A stretch of DNA of 63,375 nucleotides, counting the filler, from Piptocephalis cylindrospora (Eukaryota): the NCBI GenBank assembly GCA_003614145.1. It is 2 parts of 2 records of this genome, joined end to end, with 100 filler letters (N's around TTAATTAATTAA, not from the genome) between each part and the next. Parts side by side here need not be neighbours in the genome. Positions count along the whole stretch, not along the records: positions 1 to 31,775 come from KZ987750.1; 1 more part is not named here. One strand, 5' to 3'. Shown piece by piece: positions 1 through 13,723 of the stretch. The first letter of the stretch is position 1, and every line of letters starts with the position of its first letter. Made by a program: the position numbers and the translations under genes. The notes beneath the pieces were generated by a model. The model saw only the letters and a program-made list of their open reading frames with translations. It had not been told where the DNA came from and ran no database searches.

Positions 1-1773
1 GGAAAGGGAAAAGGAAGAAGAAGGAGAAGAGGAGGAGGGGAGAGAAGGAAAGAGAAGGATGCGTGGACGCCTTCCTGACCAACAAAGGCGAAGCTGAGCG
101 AGGCTGAAGGAGAACAGGAGTAGAGGTGTGGAACCTGTCTATCGGAGCTTCTATGAAGAGGGGGGAGACCAGCTTAGATGGAGCGGGGAATTGGGGTGGA
201 GGTGGGCGATGAGGGAGAAGGGTGGGAGCGGAGCAGGGTATACCGCAAGGTGGGCAGGGTACACAGGGTCCAGTGGGGGGAAAGCCAGCCGACCTAAACA
301 GGACAGGCCATCTGCCCACACTATCAAGTTATCCTCTCTCCGCTTACCATACCGCCATTGCCCATCTAGAGTGTATCCACCCCCACCCCCCACCCACCAA
401 CCAATGAGGATGTCACTAAAACCGTCTCCGCCGACTTCCTTGTTCCTGTTCCTGTCCCTCACATCTCCCGTCTCGGTCCTGCACAAAGGGGCAAGCCAAA
501 GAAGGAAGGATTTGAATATGCAGCGGGACGACGCTATCTTTGTCGTTGAGGTAGATAATTAATTAGAATAAAAAAAGACAATATAGAATAAACGGATGGA
601 AAAAAAGGGGAGAGGGAAGGATGGGCCCAGTTGTCAATGACGCAATGCAAAACGAATACTCATGGGCAAAAATGAAATATATCAGATTCATTCCATCCCC
701 CGAAAAAGGCATCAAAAAGCATTCAATGCAATGGAGACGCCTTTTCTCCGGGAAAGTGATAGAGTAAACGCACGATGGACGTACGGTACGTGAGTACTCT
801 GCGGGGGGATAAAGCTACCTTCTACCAAGCATATTAAATGGTGTGAAGGAGGAGCGGTGAGGACCATTAACCTTACACTCTGGGTGTACTGAGCCTCAGA
901 ATGCCTCTAAATTTAGTATTCTTGAAATAAGAGAGAAGTACTACGGTTACATTTCCGAGATGATATGCGCCCTCGTTCCTGATTTGACAGTATGCGTAGT
1001 CCATGCACTGGAAAATGTGAGCGACGATCAAGGCAAGCTGCATTGCTGGATAACTTGTCTTCTAGTACAGGATAGCATTGCTATCTTCATTCCTCATACC
1101 TATCAAGGGTTTTCAGCAAAGACCTTGTCATTCGGAGAATGATACTAGGTAAAACCTCGGTCGACGTTTCAGGGGTACTGCTGCATCCCTGAGGCAGTAA
1201 TGCTGATTCCATGAATCAGATGATAAGGTATGAGCATGATGTATAGTTCTTTTCATCTTAGTAAGACGAAAAGTCAAAGATCTCTCATATGCAGCTCAAT
1301 GACGTCCCATCAGATGCCCCATTTCCCTCACATGACACATTTCCCATACGCAGCATCATACATATATGATGATAACGATGAAAGCCGTACGATATTCCCC
1401 AAATGAGGTAGGTACAGTCGTAGATTCATGGGGGATGGGATGGGCTATCTACTGTTCTAAGAATATTTGACACTTTTAAGCCCATCTGAAGGTTAAGTTA
1501 AGCAGATCTAACAAATCATATATTACCCCCTGCTACCCGGGGAGATTCTTCAGTGCATTGCTTGACAAGAATCCTCACCTTACGCCGGTGGACATGGGTT
1601 TAAACCGAACGCCTCGCATATGCATTTCGCATAATTATCCCGCTATACGTACCTATCAGGACCCCATTTATACTTCGACCCTAGTTATCCAGAGGACCTT
1701 GCGCTTTAGATCGTGGATCAAAGAGCTCAGTATGATCATTATTATTGGGGCAATGGCGGGGTACATCTGTGTT

Positions 1774-1927
1774 ACGCGAGAATACTACACCAATTATTAA
1801 CCGTCCTGATGATTATTTTAATTTTGTTCCTCGTGTTTGTGTGTTGAGTTTCGGATGTGACGCGTAAGGATAATAATAAGAGTAAACACGCAAGCCGCGC
1901 CCAATATCAACCAAGGCCAGGTCGCGT
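1774..1927. promoter_or_regulatory. MCB-like (ACGCGT/ACGCGA) element cluster upstream of the MMS22-like gene
   Basis: ACGCGA at 1774-1779, ACGCGT at 1860-1865 and TCGCGT at 1922-1927, all within about 370 bp upstream of the ATG at 2141. Confidence 0.45.
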
Positions 1928-2140
1928 ATATCCCATATAGAGTCATCCGGTGTTGTAAACGATGTGGCTTCTCCACGACCACATTCACCCTTCCCTTTTA
2001 CTTATCCTCATCCTTTTGGGTCGTCTCTGTACTTTTCCCCTTGTACCCTTTCTCCTTCTCTCCTCCCTTCCCCCTGTTATCCCTTCTCTCATTCACGCTC
2101 ATTGTGTCCACATAGCATTTCGGCGGTCTCTTCAAAAACG

Positions 2141-5100
2141 ATGGTCCAGTGCAGGACCAAGATGTATAAGGAAGGAACGCGAATTGGAGTGGAGGACATC
2201 AACCTTTCCTGCACAAGGGGTCCTGAAGAAGAGGAAAGATCTGTAGCTCTGTCTTCTTCACCTCCTCCAGGTAAGTAAGTCTGCAAGATTCATACGCTTA
2301 ATCTACTAATCTACTACTTATACTTATCCTTACACAGCCATAATCCCTTCGACCCCGCCACGCTTTGTGTCCCCGACAAGCTGTTCTCCTCCAGCGCCCT
2401 CAGAGGGATCGTTGAGCTGCACCATCAATTGGAGTTTACATCATTTGGTGGATGCCGCACTACTTCCCTTTACTCTGGACACCATCATTCCCAAATCTGA
2501 TGAGTTCCTAGACGAGGAAAAGTCGGCTCAAAACGCTCCGCCCAATGCATCGTCTTCATCACCACAGGGTAAATGACAGTATTATACTCTGATAATAGCG
2601 CTTTTAAAAGCATGATCTCATCCATTTCACCTGTAGATCCGCCTGTCAAAGACGTCCCATTTAGGGATGAGAAGGCTCCCTCACCAACTTTGGCAATGAT
2701 CGGTAGGTTGTGTATCTTGTCTCTCTATTGCAATTTCATTAACTCTCACTCCAGAGTCATTCGAGGACATGGAAGGAAGGTCTTACCCTCTAAGGAAACG
2801 AAACGCCATTTCCTTACATCCCTACACCTTGCTTCAATGGACTCGGCCAGAGACTATGGGTAGGGGGCGCGTGGATCGACGAGCCTTAAGGGACTTGATG
2901 AATGAACCCGTCCAGGGAGATGAAGATGCTTTGAGCGATGATGCCTTATATGTGGAACACGAAAGGCCAATGCCGGTGGACCCAGACGATCAATCACCCG
3001 AGCCAGGAGAGAAAAGACCTGGAAACGCCGAAATGGGGCCGCGAAAACGACGGCATACCGGAAAAGGGGAGAGGTGGCCTCATGCCAGGGACAAGAAGGT
3101 TCTGAAAGCTCGACGCGGGCGGAAGGGTGGAATGAGTGGAGTATTGGATCAGTTAAGAAAGAATGAGGAGGAGGATGGTGATGATGATGATGATGAGAAC
3201 ATCCCCCTCTCCAAGCTCTTCCCCCTTATTGGCGACGGCTCTAGCCCAAGCCCCACTACCCCACAAGCCATCCTCCGTACGGTCCGTCGTATTCTCAGTG
3301 ATGATGATGATGATGGGAAGGAGGAAGAGGATGAGGAAGAGATAAGGGGGGATCAAGGGAAAAGGGTCCCTTGGGTCATAAACTCTGATGAGGAGGGAGT
3401 CGAAAGCGCAGGATCTGAGAGACAAGGGCCAGACCTGACCCGCGATGTGGGATTAGGAGTCGGCAGAAGGAATGAGGATATCAGCTTGGAGATTGATCGA
3501 TCAATCCAACATGGCCAAGAAAATGACCATGGAGCCGATGAGGCCATGGAAGCAGCGCCGATCATTCATATTCCTCGACTAGATCCCTTTGCATCTTCCT
3601 CCACTAGTTTACCTAAGACTCCCAAAGAGCAACGACATACTAATTACATGACGAGGACAAGGAAGGAGGAAGGCGAACCACGCATCTTCTCTTCTTCTCA
3701 TGTATCCACTTCAACTCATCGACAGTCAAGACGACAGGAACCCAGTGAACATGGTCGAAAACTTCCCCGACGCATCACGGCAAAGTCGCTGATGGGTAAA
3801 CTACCTGCCTCTTTTATCCGCCTAAATAACTTAGATAAGGAGAAGGAAATTACACAAGCTAGGGAGGAGGTGGAGGAGGTTCAGTCCGATGATAGTGCCG
3901 ACCTCCCCTTGGCCCGGGATCAATGGGTCATGGATGAGGATGAGCCTCTTGTTAGTACCCCATTGAGTCCAAGGTCAAAATCAGAGATGAATTGGGATGG
4001 AAATCATCTCCTTCGTCCTCGTCCTCGAAAGGTCAAATGGACAACGGAAGGATCCATAGATGAAGCGATAGAGCCGGCCCAGCCAGCATCCACCCAATTC
4101 TCTACCGCTTTTAAGACAAGGAAAGCCACCAAGACTTACAACCAATCCTCTCGAAGGAAACGAAGAACAAGAAAGAAAGACCATTATGGTGTCCGCCGTA
4201 TTTCTCAACAAGCTAAGCCCTATCTTTCAGGGTTAGATGCTCTTGCGGAGGCCTCCAGATCCCATCGTTTAAAACATTCCTCTCAAAGAGTAGAAGAAAT
4301 GAAGGGATGGCAAAATTTGAATTATTCTAATGCAGGCAATGAAGAAAGCCTCAGGGCTCATCCGAGAGAGTCAAGGCCTCTTCACTTTACTCCCTCCTCT
4401 TCCTCCACTCAAGATCCTTTTCCTTCTTTTTTAAGGATTCCGTATCGACAAATCCGTCAGCGAATCGCTTCATCGTTACCCATTCGAATGAATATGGAAA
4501 GAAAGGTTATTATGTGGGATAGGAGAACGAATGGTGTAGAGGGTATCTCTCGTCCCGTCCCCTGTCCTGCTCCCTCAGGACGGAGGAGAGGAGGACGAAA
4601 GGTAATGCAAATTAAGAGCGCTGCCGCAATGATCCATGATCGTCGAGCCATGATGCTAGGGGGAGGCAAGAAACGGCAAAGAATGATGAACGGAATCGAA
4701 CCTGTCCCTATCGAGGATAACGCTGGGTATGTTAATGATTTGGAACGATGGATGGGATACCTACACTCTCCCTCCAGCACATCCACTTTCAAGGCCTCAA
4801 ATGATATGGTAACCTCCTCGTTCTCTGAAGGATATGCGGGTGAGCCTGGTACCTTGTCTGCAGCGGTGGCCGAGGGGCAAATGGAAGGAGGCGAGCCAGA
4901 TCTAGAAACATGGACGGGGCTGGATGCGATGGAGGAAATGAATCCCGAGAGAGGTACCTGGTCAACACCGAAAGAAGGGGAGACCTCAACCTTAGCTACA
5001 GTACCAAAACTCCATCCGCACCAAATTCCTGAAATACTTTATCAATTTCAACAGGCGTTGGACCCTATCAATCAGCCTCTCCTCCCCCAGGCATTTCGGG

Positions 5101-8100
5101 CTATGTCAGAACCCTCAATTTCCTCCATTACAGTACCATGTTCAATTAGTGTGATCGATTGGACTTGGTCCCATCTTATCCGACAACTCCAAAAGGATGG
5201 TGCAATCTCTTGGATGGGTGTGGAGGGATTGGTCATGGAAGCTTGGAAATCACTGGCAGCCCGGATCCTGTCCATCCGTCTCACTCCCGAAGAGAGAAAG
5301 GTCCGTAAAGGCGTTCGAGGATACCTAGGCGCATGGCTACTTGAGGAAGGTGGAGGGGAAGAATGGGTTGACCCAAGAATCTTGGAGCAGGTCTGGAAGT
5401 TTATCTTTCTTTGTCATTTGGTAAGTGGTCTCGTTTCTCAACCTAGCCCTAGAGAATCCATGCATGGATGGGTTGAGGCCCTTCTAGGATGGACCCTGCG
5501 GTGTCGTCGGCAAGTGGATGTCCCAGAAGATCCAGACATGATCTACACAGCCCTTGCTATTTCTCAGGCCATTTACGCTCTATGGGGCTCCTTTCCTTTG
5601 CTGCTTGCTCCAGTCAGGAGAAACCCTCTCCCTATCCTGATACACCTAGCCGTTTCGCTGATTAATCGAATGAACCATAGGGAGATGGTTCAAGGAATGG
5701 CTTCATGCGTCCCCGGGGATGTTTTGATCGCTGCATACCGTCTCATGGAGCATCGTCGATTTCGAGACTATCATGGGGAGGATGGACGAACCGGGAAGGA
5801 TCGATGCTTTTCACTCTTTCTCCATCTATTGCAGGGTTATCTCATGGGTATACATCGTTCCCGGAGCCGTATTGGGCAAGGCCATGCGATGGTTTGGGAG
5901 GAAGAAGATATGTCCGAGGAGACGGTCCAGACCCTCATCATCCGGCTCATCCCAACAGTCATGTTTGTCTTCCCTGATCCTATTCTCCCGTATGACTCCA
6001 TGTACTCTACCTCAGCAGCCGACCCCCAGCCTTCCTTGACTCCCATGACCGACACAGATGGTTTATATGATTTATCCTCCCTTTCCAATGTCCTGGCCAT
6101 GTTTTGCACCCTACTCCGCCATGTCCCCCTCAGTCTGGTCCCGGCTGTGAGTCAACGGTGGAGTCGTACCCTGAGGTTCCGGGAGGCTGGATGGGCCGCA
6201 CGCACTTTGGCCTTGGAGGGCTTGGCCAGTGCCGAGAGGACCCTTCGGGAAGATCGGAGGGTTGGGGGTGGTGATCCCCTGGTGCAATATGTGCTGAATG
6301 CGGCCACATGCCTTGTCGAGGAAGATCGACGAAGGGGAGGAGGGAGGGGGCGGGTGGAAGGGATGATCCTCTTAGAAAAGTGCTTGGCCCTCTTAGAGGA
6401 ACAACGAGACCGATTTGGGGAGGTGGGAGGAGGATGGGATGCCTGGGAGTCATTTCACTCGGCCCTCTGGTCTTGGTTTGGGACCCTAAACCTATTAAAG
6501 GAAGGGGATCGTGGAGGAGTGGAGGAAGGCATCATCACCCGGGTAATGGGTTTTGGGGAATCCATTGTGGAAAAGATGCTACCTCATAGAGCTGAAAATG
6601 AAGGAGGATCCCACGCGCCCATGCTCCAGGAAGCAGAGAGTACATTACAAACCATGGGATGGGAAGAGGAGGAAGAGGAAGGGGTGAGTCAGGAAGATTG
6701 GCTGAAGGCTGTCATGGCTCATGCAGGTGCCCTGGATCAACTAGACCCTAGTGACTCAGTACAGAAAGCGCAACAGGAGGAGGAGGAAGGATTGAGGAAA
6801 CGAAAGGTTATTCTAAAGGATTGGATGTACCCAGCGATCCGAGGAGTATGGAGTAAAATGATGGGTATTGAGGAGGGTGGTCTCATAGATCCCATCAGGT
6901 ATGGCTGGGAATGGAGTCAGCGACGAGATAGGAGAGCCCGAGTGGGAAAATGGCTCGGGAGATGCCTTGCTCTCCTTGTGCATCACCAATTAAAGGTAAG
7001 TTAGCAGTGGATTAGAGAAGAGGGTACATTTGGCAAAGGGTCATTCACTCACTCGGCCATTCTTCAGGGATGGGAGGCCTTTCTTTACCCGTATGGCCAG
7101 GATGCATGGATTCGAGAGGAATGGAGGATGGGAATGAGAGCTGAATGGGCTAGAGTTCTTCTTATTGAAGTGATATCCCTGGATGATCGAGTAATTCGGG
7201 TAAGTCTAACCCATGTTAAACTATTCCTTTTTCTTAAGGATGACCACTCATGAATGGGTTCTACTCCCACGCTTTATGAATTATAGGAGCATGAGGAGGT
7301 GTGTACCCTGGCTTGGATCGATAGCGCAGTAGTGGAGCTGGGCGAAGCGGACGAGGAGTATAGGGAGGCTCGCGAGGGACATGACCGATTAGGGTCCCTT
7401 ATCCTTAAGAGAAATGTACTTTTGAACGGGGCTAGCCAGACGCATTGGACGCTAGAGTGGATGATTGACCAAGTAGGCCATCAGTGCATTGCCTGGACAA
7501 GCGCAGGGAATGTGGAGGGAGAGGAAGGGTGGCAGGGACACCGTAGACTCCTTCAAGGCTACATTTTGGCCATACTTAGAGGGATGACGAGGCGATTACG
7601 GGAGTTGCGGGAAACCTACTTTCTTGGTTATCAAGCTGTCATTGCCTCTTACCATGATGCAAGTAAGGGGATTGCCCGTAGGATCCTTCAAGTAGCCTCT
7701 GGCATACTTTTGGCTCCTGGAGGGGCCGGACCCGGGGAGGGGGTAGGACAAGAAGAGTTATTGGAATTACTTGGGCCTGATTACCTTGGCAGCTCCCTGT
7801 AAGTGTGTGGGAGAAGGGAGTACGATTTTAGTCGCTCATTCTAACAACCCATGGTCTGGGGTACAGGGCAACGCGAGATTGGATGCATCGACTGGGCCAT
7901 CTGTTTACATCGATCGAGAAAAAGGGAGATGAGATGGGATGGGATGGGATGATGAGGAAGTTGAAGACAGGCACATTACAAAGCCAATTGGTATTCTTGT
8001 GGGGACAGCTTTCCCATGAAGGGAATAGGGAAGGAATGCGTGGAAAAGCCTTTCTCAAATCGCTCCTACGTTCCTTTGGTCAAGGGAAAAGGTAAGATGA

Positions 8101-8884
8101 AAAGGGAGGATAGAAGGTGGGGATGGGGGGAGAAAGAGAGAGAAAGAAATAACTTACCATCAGACTAAAATTAATACCTTTTGCCTGATACAGAGATGCC
8201 GAAAAAGGATGGGAAATACGGGTATTTATTTATCAAACTCTCTTTATGGCCTCCTTGAAGGATTTAAGCGGAAAAGGGGGGACAGGAGTGTGCGTAAGGA
8301 TGTGCAAAGGACTCTTCCTCCTCGGACTTCTCCCTAAGATGGACATAGGCCTTCATGCAGATGAAGGGATCCGAGAGTGGATGTGGCTTGAATGGGTCTG
8401 TCTACTTCAACTCTCTCTGGAAGCCTTTCCCTCCATCGAGGCTGGGGATCGATGGGGATTGACTAGGGACCAATCTGGGATGTGGAAAGGACGCCGAGGG
8501 AACATATTGATTTTGGCGTTAGACTTTGTAGAGTCCTTACTTCGGCATGGCGGAAAGATTTGGGCAACGTCCACGAAAACTCCTATATGGGTCAACGAAT
8601 CTATGCGATATGCGACAAGGGTAGGAAGGGTGGTGTCGAGATTGAAGACCCTGATGAATGGGGATGATGAGGAGATGGATATGGGACCAGAAGAACCGAT
8701 GAAACTGGTACCAAATAGCCATCGAGTTCCCATGGAGATCGTACAAGAATACAAGGACCGACTTGGGAGGGAGGTGCAAGGAGCAGAGATAGAATCCGAA
8801 GATTCTGAGTCAGCGGACGAGGTAGGTGAACTTTCCTTGGGCGGAAATGACAATGTGTGGTCTGGTGATGATTACTTACTCTGA
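2141..8884 (+). CDS. MMS22: Mus7/MMS22-family DNA repair protein (about 2000 aa, 8 exons)
   Basis: Frame-consistent GT-AG introns at 2271-2337, 2569-2636, 2703-2754, 6996-7067, 7200-7286, 7799-7866 and 8092-8193 join the ORF pieces, including the 1411-aa ORF. Motifs YPLRKRNAISLHPY, MGKLPASFIRL and WEAFLYPYGQDAW resemble fungal Mus7/Mms22 from memory. The start codon choice is inferred. Confidence 0.65.
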
Positions 8885-9907
8885 GCACTTTGGGATGGGC
8901 CGTAATAGGAACAGGGAAGGGCAAGAATAGAAGAGCAGCTCTCTCGGGTGGATCGACTAGTGAATCGATTGACATCGAGGGAGGGTGATGTTGATGTATT
9001 CGATCGACGATGTATGTGAAAAGGTTGTACTCACCATACTCAACAAACCGGATTTCGCTTAATAATATATTTTCTCAAACCAGTGAGCATAATGTCTAGC
9101 TTTCAAAATGGCTTTTTAAGGTAAATATGAAGTAGTAGTAAAACCATTATATTTCCCCAGGTGGGGTAGACAGGTGGATATCCGAACGCAATACCCATCC
9201 TTAAGCCAGCCTGCGTGATACCAGGGGCTAGGTCCCCGACGTATGAATATGTTGAACCTTACTATGCATTTCTATGTATTCTAGGAGTAGATATGCTTCA
9301 GAGTATTCATATGAAAAAGAATCGAGCCTGTAGTTCCCCTTGTAGACAGGTCATGTGTATGGGATGGACTTGATACATGGCCTTTTCAGCAACAATGATA
9401 TAATATTCTTGTCAATCCTTATGAGTATGACTGGGATTACCTTCCTGGTTGGGAAGGAGCAAGGAATCGACAGGTGATTTTGTCCATGCATGGGTATATC
9501 GGTGTGTGTCGATGCACTTTGACTATGGTGTGTCCCCAGGAGTCATGGTGGGACATCCCCAAAAGGCGGGGATGGAAAGCGTGACCTTTCGGCTATAGTT
9601 GATGAATTGGAGTACTCCGCCATATTTCCACTCCCGCTCCCGCGCCTCCTAAATCAGCCCGAACCCCCCGCTCATGCTGGGGCATAGGGGAGTGGCGGCG
9701 ATAGTGAGGAGGTTGCGGTGGGGTGGGAAAAAGGAGCGCGGGACAACCAGAGCTTCTTTCCTTCCCTACCATCTTTAACCTCAACCCCTCCTTTCTCTCC
9801 CCCTCCCTCCCATCCTCCTCCTCCCCCTCCCTTTCTCCATTCCCCAAACCGCACATCCCGCATTATCGAAAATGAGCTTGTGGAGAAGGGCACTGTTCTT
9901 GACGGGG

Positions 9908-12112
9908 ATGGGCAGTGAGGTGGAAGGGGATCCGGAGGAGGTGTTGGCCTCTAACCCTGACAGGCTGACCGAGTGGGTTAATACCAAGGTGCTATATCAG
10001 GCTGGTATGAACTCTGTGTGTGCGGATGATAAGGGTGAAAAGGCTAGCTTACCAAGAGAGAGCTCTCCCCCTCCCCCCTTCCATGACGGTATGCAGGCAC
10101 CGATTATGAAAGTCGACCAATGCTTGTCTTTTGTGCCTGTCAACTACCCGACCCGTCCAAGGTGGATTATGACTTGATTTATGAGTGAGTGTTCCCATGT
10201 CTGTTCCGCATGGATCGGTTGCCTCATCTCACTTCGCATACACTCATCCTTTTCAATCATGCCAGACGAATCCTCATCAAGTTGGATGAACTGGTGGAAA
10301 ATGACTATACGTTGGTATTTTTCTCTGGAGGGGCAAAATATCGGCCGGGATGGGCATGGTTATTCAAGTCGTATCAACAGATGAGTAGAAAGTAAGATGA
10401 GGTGGGCAGTGAATCCCTTTCTCTTCCTAGGTTTCCTTTATATCTCTCTCATCTTCATTCATCATCATTCCTTTCACGAAAAATGACGGTAAATAGCTAC
10501 AAGAAGAATTTGAAACACCTTTACATCGTCCATCCCTCCATGTGGGCACGGATCATGATTGACATGATGAGTGCAGTGGTGAGGTGAGTAAGATGGCCTA
10601 AGGGATAGAGGGAAAAGAGCCTCTCCTGCAACCCAAATTCACTCACATTCCCTCCTCCTCCCCAACTCGGACCCACAGCAACAAGTTTTACAAGAAACTC
10701 ACATACGTCCCCACCCTCTCGGACTTGGCGGTGCACGTTCCATTGAAGGAAATGAGGCTGCCGGATGCGATTTACGAGTAAGCGGACGTTACATGCACCG
10801 CAGGTTCCATTGACTCCTTTCTCATCCCCCACCCCCACCCCCATCCCCCTTCCTGTTAAATAGGTACAATTTCAAGTTTGAACCAGCGGTCCGTTCTCCA
10901 CCCCAAGCACGGCCCAGGAAGCCCTTGATGTTCTGTAGACCCTTGGAGGAGGTGATGGAAGGGGATGGGGGGCTGCCGAGGGTGGTGGATGATTGTATAA
11001 AGTACATCCGGGAACATGGGCTGGATGTTGAGGGGATATTCCGTCGATCCCCCTCCTCTTCGGCGCTTAAAGCAGCCCGAGGAGGATATGATCGGGGGGA
11101 AAGAGTGGATCTGGAGGAATACGATGAGCATGTCGCGGCAGTACTATTGAAGCTCTTCCTCCGGGAACTCCCCTCTCCCCTTTTCCCCCCGCCCTTGTAT
11201 GGTCTGGCCAAGGAGGCTTTCCCCCCGGGGAAGAGCACAGCGACACACGAGGAGATGGCCGAAGCGGTAGCTCGATCAGGGATCCTCTTGGAGATGGGAG
11301 GGTGTGAGCGGGAGATACTCCGGGCCGTTACAGGTCTCCTGGGCGAGGTGACCCGTCATATGGGGACCAATGGAATGACCTCCCGAAACCTGACAATTGT
11401 CTTTGCTCCCAATCTAACCCGAGGCCCGGACCCAGTGGAGGACATGACATTGAGTCAGCCTGGGGGGTCAATTGGACGATTCTTCATGCTGTGCATTGAT
11501 GGCCATGACCTGATCTTCCCCCAGGGGAAGGATCCATTGGGGAAGGTTCTTACGATGGGCAGGGCAGCGACGGTGGGAAAGACCCCTTATGGGGCCAAGC
11601 CCCTCCTAGGCCTAGGAAAGGGCGGGGTGACAGGAGGTTGGCCCGAGGGCCTAAACCAGGAGGAGCCCTATGTGATCCGAGCGCAACGGCAGCGTAGCGC
11701 CAGTATGGCAGTATTTCCACTGAGGAAACGGCATGGTCTGGATCTATTCCAACCCGAGGGAGAAGGGGGGGGAGGATCGAAAGGAGTAGGGGTCCCCCCT
11801 CATCTGACAGTGACAACGGTTGAAGGAGGCCATTTGAAGGAGGAGGGAAAGGAGGATGGGGAGGGAGCGAAGCGGATGGTCCGAAAAGTGCCATCGACCC
11901 CAGGTCTCAAGGGATTGGACATCCCAGCGAGGAATAGGACAGTGAGCGTTGAGTTGGAGGCACGCAGCCTTCCTCATGAGGTCAGTGATCTTCGGCACAG
12001 CATGCCTCCTTTGGTTGGGAGTCTCAATGAGCAGGGACAGGAGGATGGGAGGGGCGGAAAAGGCGAGGTGACGGGAGGGAGACGTCGACGTACCAAGACG
12101 TTCATGCTGTAA
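9908..12112 (+). CDS. BCH/CRAL-TRIO + RhoGAP protein (ARHGAP1/p50RhoGAP-like), 6 exons
   Basis: Introns at 10005-10096, 10185-10265, 10392-10496, 10584-10678 and 10778-10863. The BCH domain includes VENDYTLVFF, WAWLFKSYQQM and YKKNLKHLYIVHPS. The RhoGAP domain includes EGIFRRSP (arginine finger), LLKLFLRELPSPL and NGMTSRNLTIVFAPNL. Confidence 0.9.
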
Positions 12113-12310
12113 TTTACCATACTTTGGAATGGGGATACAGGATGGGGAGGGAGATGGAAAGAGGGAAGAAGAGGATAATTTTAATGAAGTTGAATGGTCT
12201 ATGGATGGGATAAGAAAGTTGCCTGAAATGTGTACGTGTGTATGAGAGTCTACATGAAGGAGTCGAGCCATTCCTCTTGGGACAGATCAATAAACAGAGG
12301 CCCTTGCCCC

Positions 12311-12365
12311 TGGATAGACTCGTTTGTTGTCTTGGATGGACTCATTTGTTGTCTTGGATAGACTC
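12311..12365. repeat. 22-bp tandem repeat, 2.5 copies
   Basis: tggatagactcgtttgttgtct / tggatggactcatttgttgtct / tggatagactc. Confidence 0.8.
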
Positions 12366-13075
12366 TTCTCTAGGAGGAGGATCCAAGGGTATGTTCGTGA
12401 TATTACTACTCACCCCCCTTTCCGATACCCTGATGAGAAAGGATAGAGGGGGGGAAGGATTCGTATGCACAGGGAGAGACTCGTATCATGCACCCTTGCA
12501 CCTGTATGTGTGTGAATATGCTCTTGCTTCTTTTTTTTTACATGTCTACATCTTGATCATCTGTGTGGGTAAACGAGTGAGCGTTCTATAACAACATATT
12601 GGATTTCAGGATGAGAATAGAAATTTAAAGCAATAGCTGGGGAGATTAGATTGTAATGTAAGATCAACAGGGATTCATGCGCGGGGCCCTTATGGAGCCT
12701 AATGCGCCAATATACCCGAAAAGAACAAGCGCAGGAGAACTTTGGATCAGAGTCCAGGATAAGAGGGGGAGGGGTTGTCATGTTGATAAGGTGCTTATGG
12801 CGCGAGTATGTGTGTATGAGACTGATCTAGTCTCAGAGACTAAGCCACACACACACCGAGAGGGGGCACACACACACACACACACACATAGTCACTATCG
12901 ACGGTCAAGTGTCCCACTAACATGACTGCGTGTATAGGTATACATGCGGCCTAGTAGGGTGTGCACACCTCTTTCAATAGTCAAGTGAACTTTCTCTTGC
13001 CCCATTCCTGCACACACACACAAAAGGAGACTGCGAGCACGCTTCACACACAACACATACACACATACACACATA

Positions 13076-13106
<31 letters not shown>

Positions 13107-13723
13107 CAACGGCATAACAGGAGAGGGAAAAAGGCCAGACTGGGCCCAGTAACAAAGAACCCCGTCCTTGAGCGCACAGCACAGAGGATGAGAACATTGA
13201 GACTGGGAATAGTGTGAAAGGAAATGGGAAAAGCAAATGATATCCTTCTCATACGCTTCGACAGGTAACGACTGTGTGTTTATGTGCTACCCATCCCCAC
13301 ACCTATGGATCAGGAGAGGGGGAAGGCGCTCACTCTACTCCCGTGTGTATGTGTTACGGTACCCCTCCTCTTCTTCCTCCTCCCACCATGTGTGTCCCTC
13401 TGATGTGTGTGCGGGCGTGTGTGCCTTGCCTCTCCTTGAAAATGGGATGAGATGGGTTCAAAGTGTCAACGTATTCCAAGGTCCTTCTCCCTCTCCTCAC
13501 CCCTCTTTCTCCTCCACTTCTTCCTCCTCCCTTCACCCTATCCCTTCTCCTTCTCCCCCCTCTCCCCACCCTGTAGCAAGGACCAAGGCCAGGTCAGGTT
13601 CCTTTCCTCACATCACTTTAGATTCCTTCCGCCTTCCGCCTTCCTCCTTCCTCCTTCCTCCTCCAGTCAAACCCAACTTTCCTCGCTACACACCATTCTC
13701 TCCAATCCTTCTCCTCTTGGGAT

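Noticed and set aside
128..562. 144-aa plus-strand ORF at the window start
   Set aside because: It has a GTG start, stops upstream in all three plus frames, low complexity and no recognisable domain.
12311..12365. 22-bp repeats considered as a CRISPR-like array
   Set aside because: The copies are directly tandem with no spacers, there are only 2.5 of them, the context is eukaryotic, and no cas genes are present.
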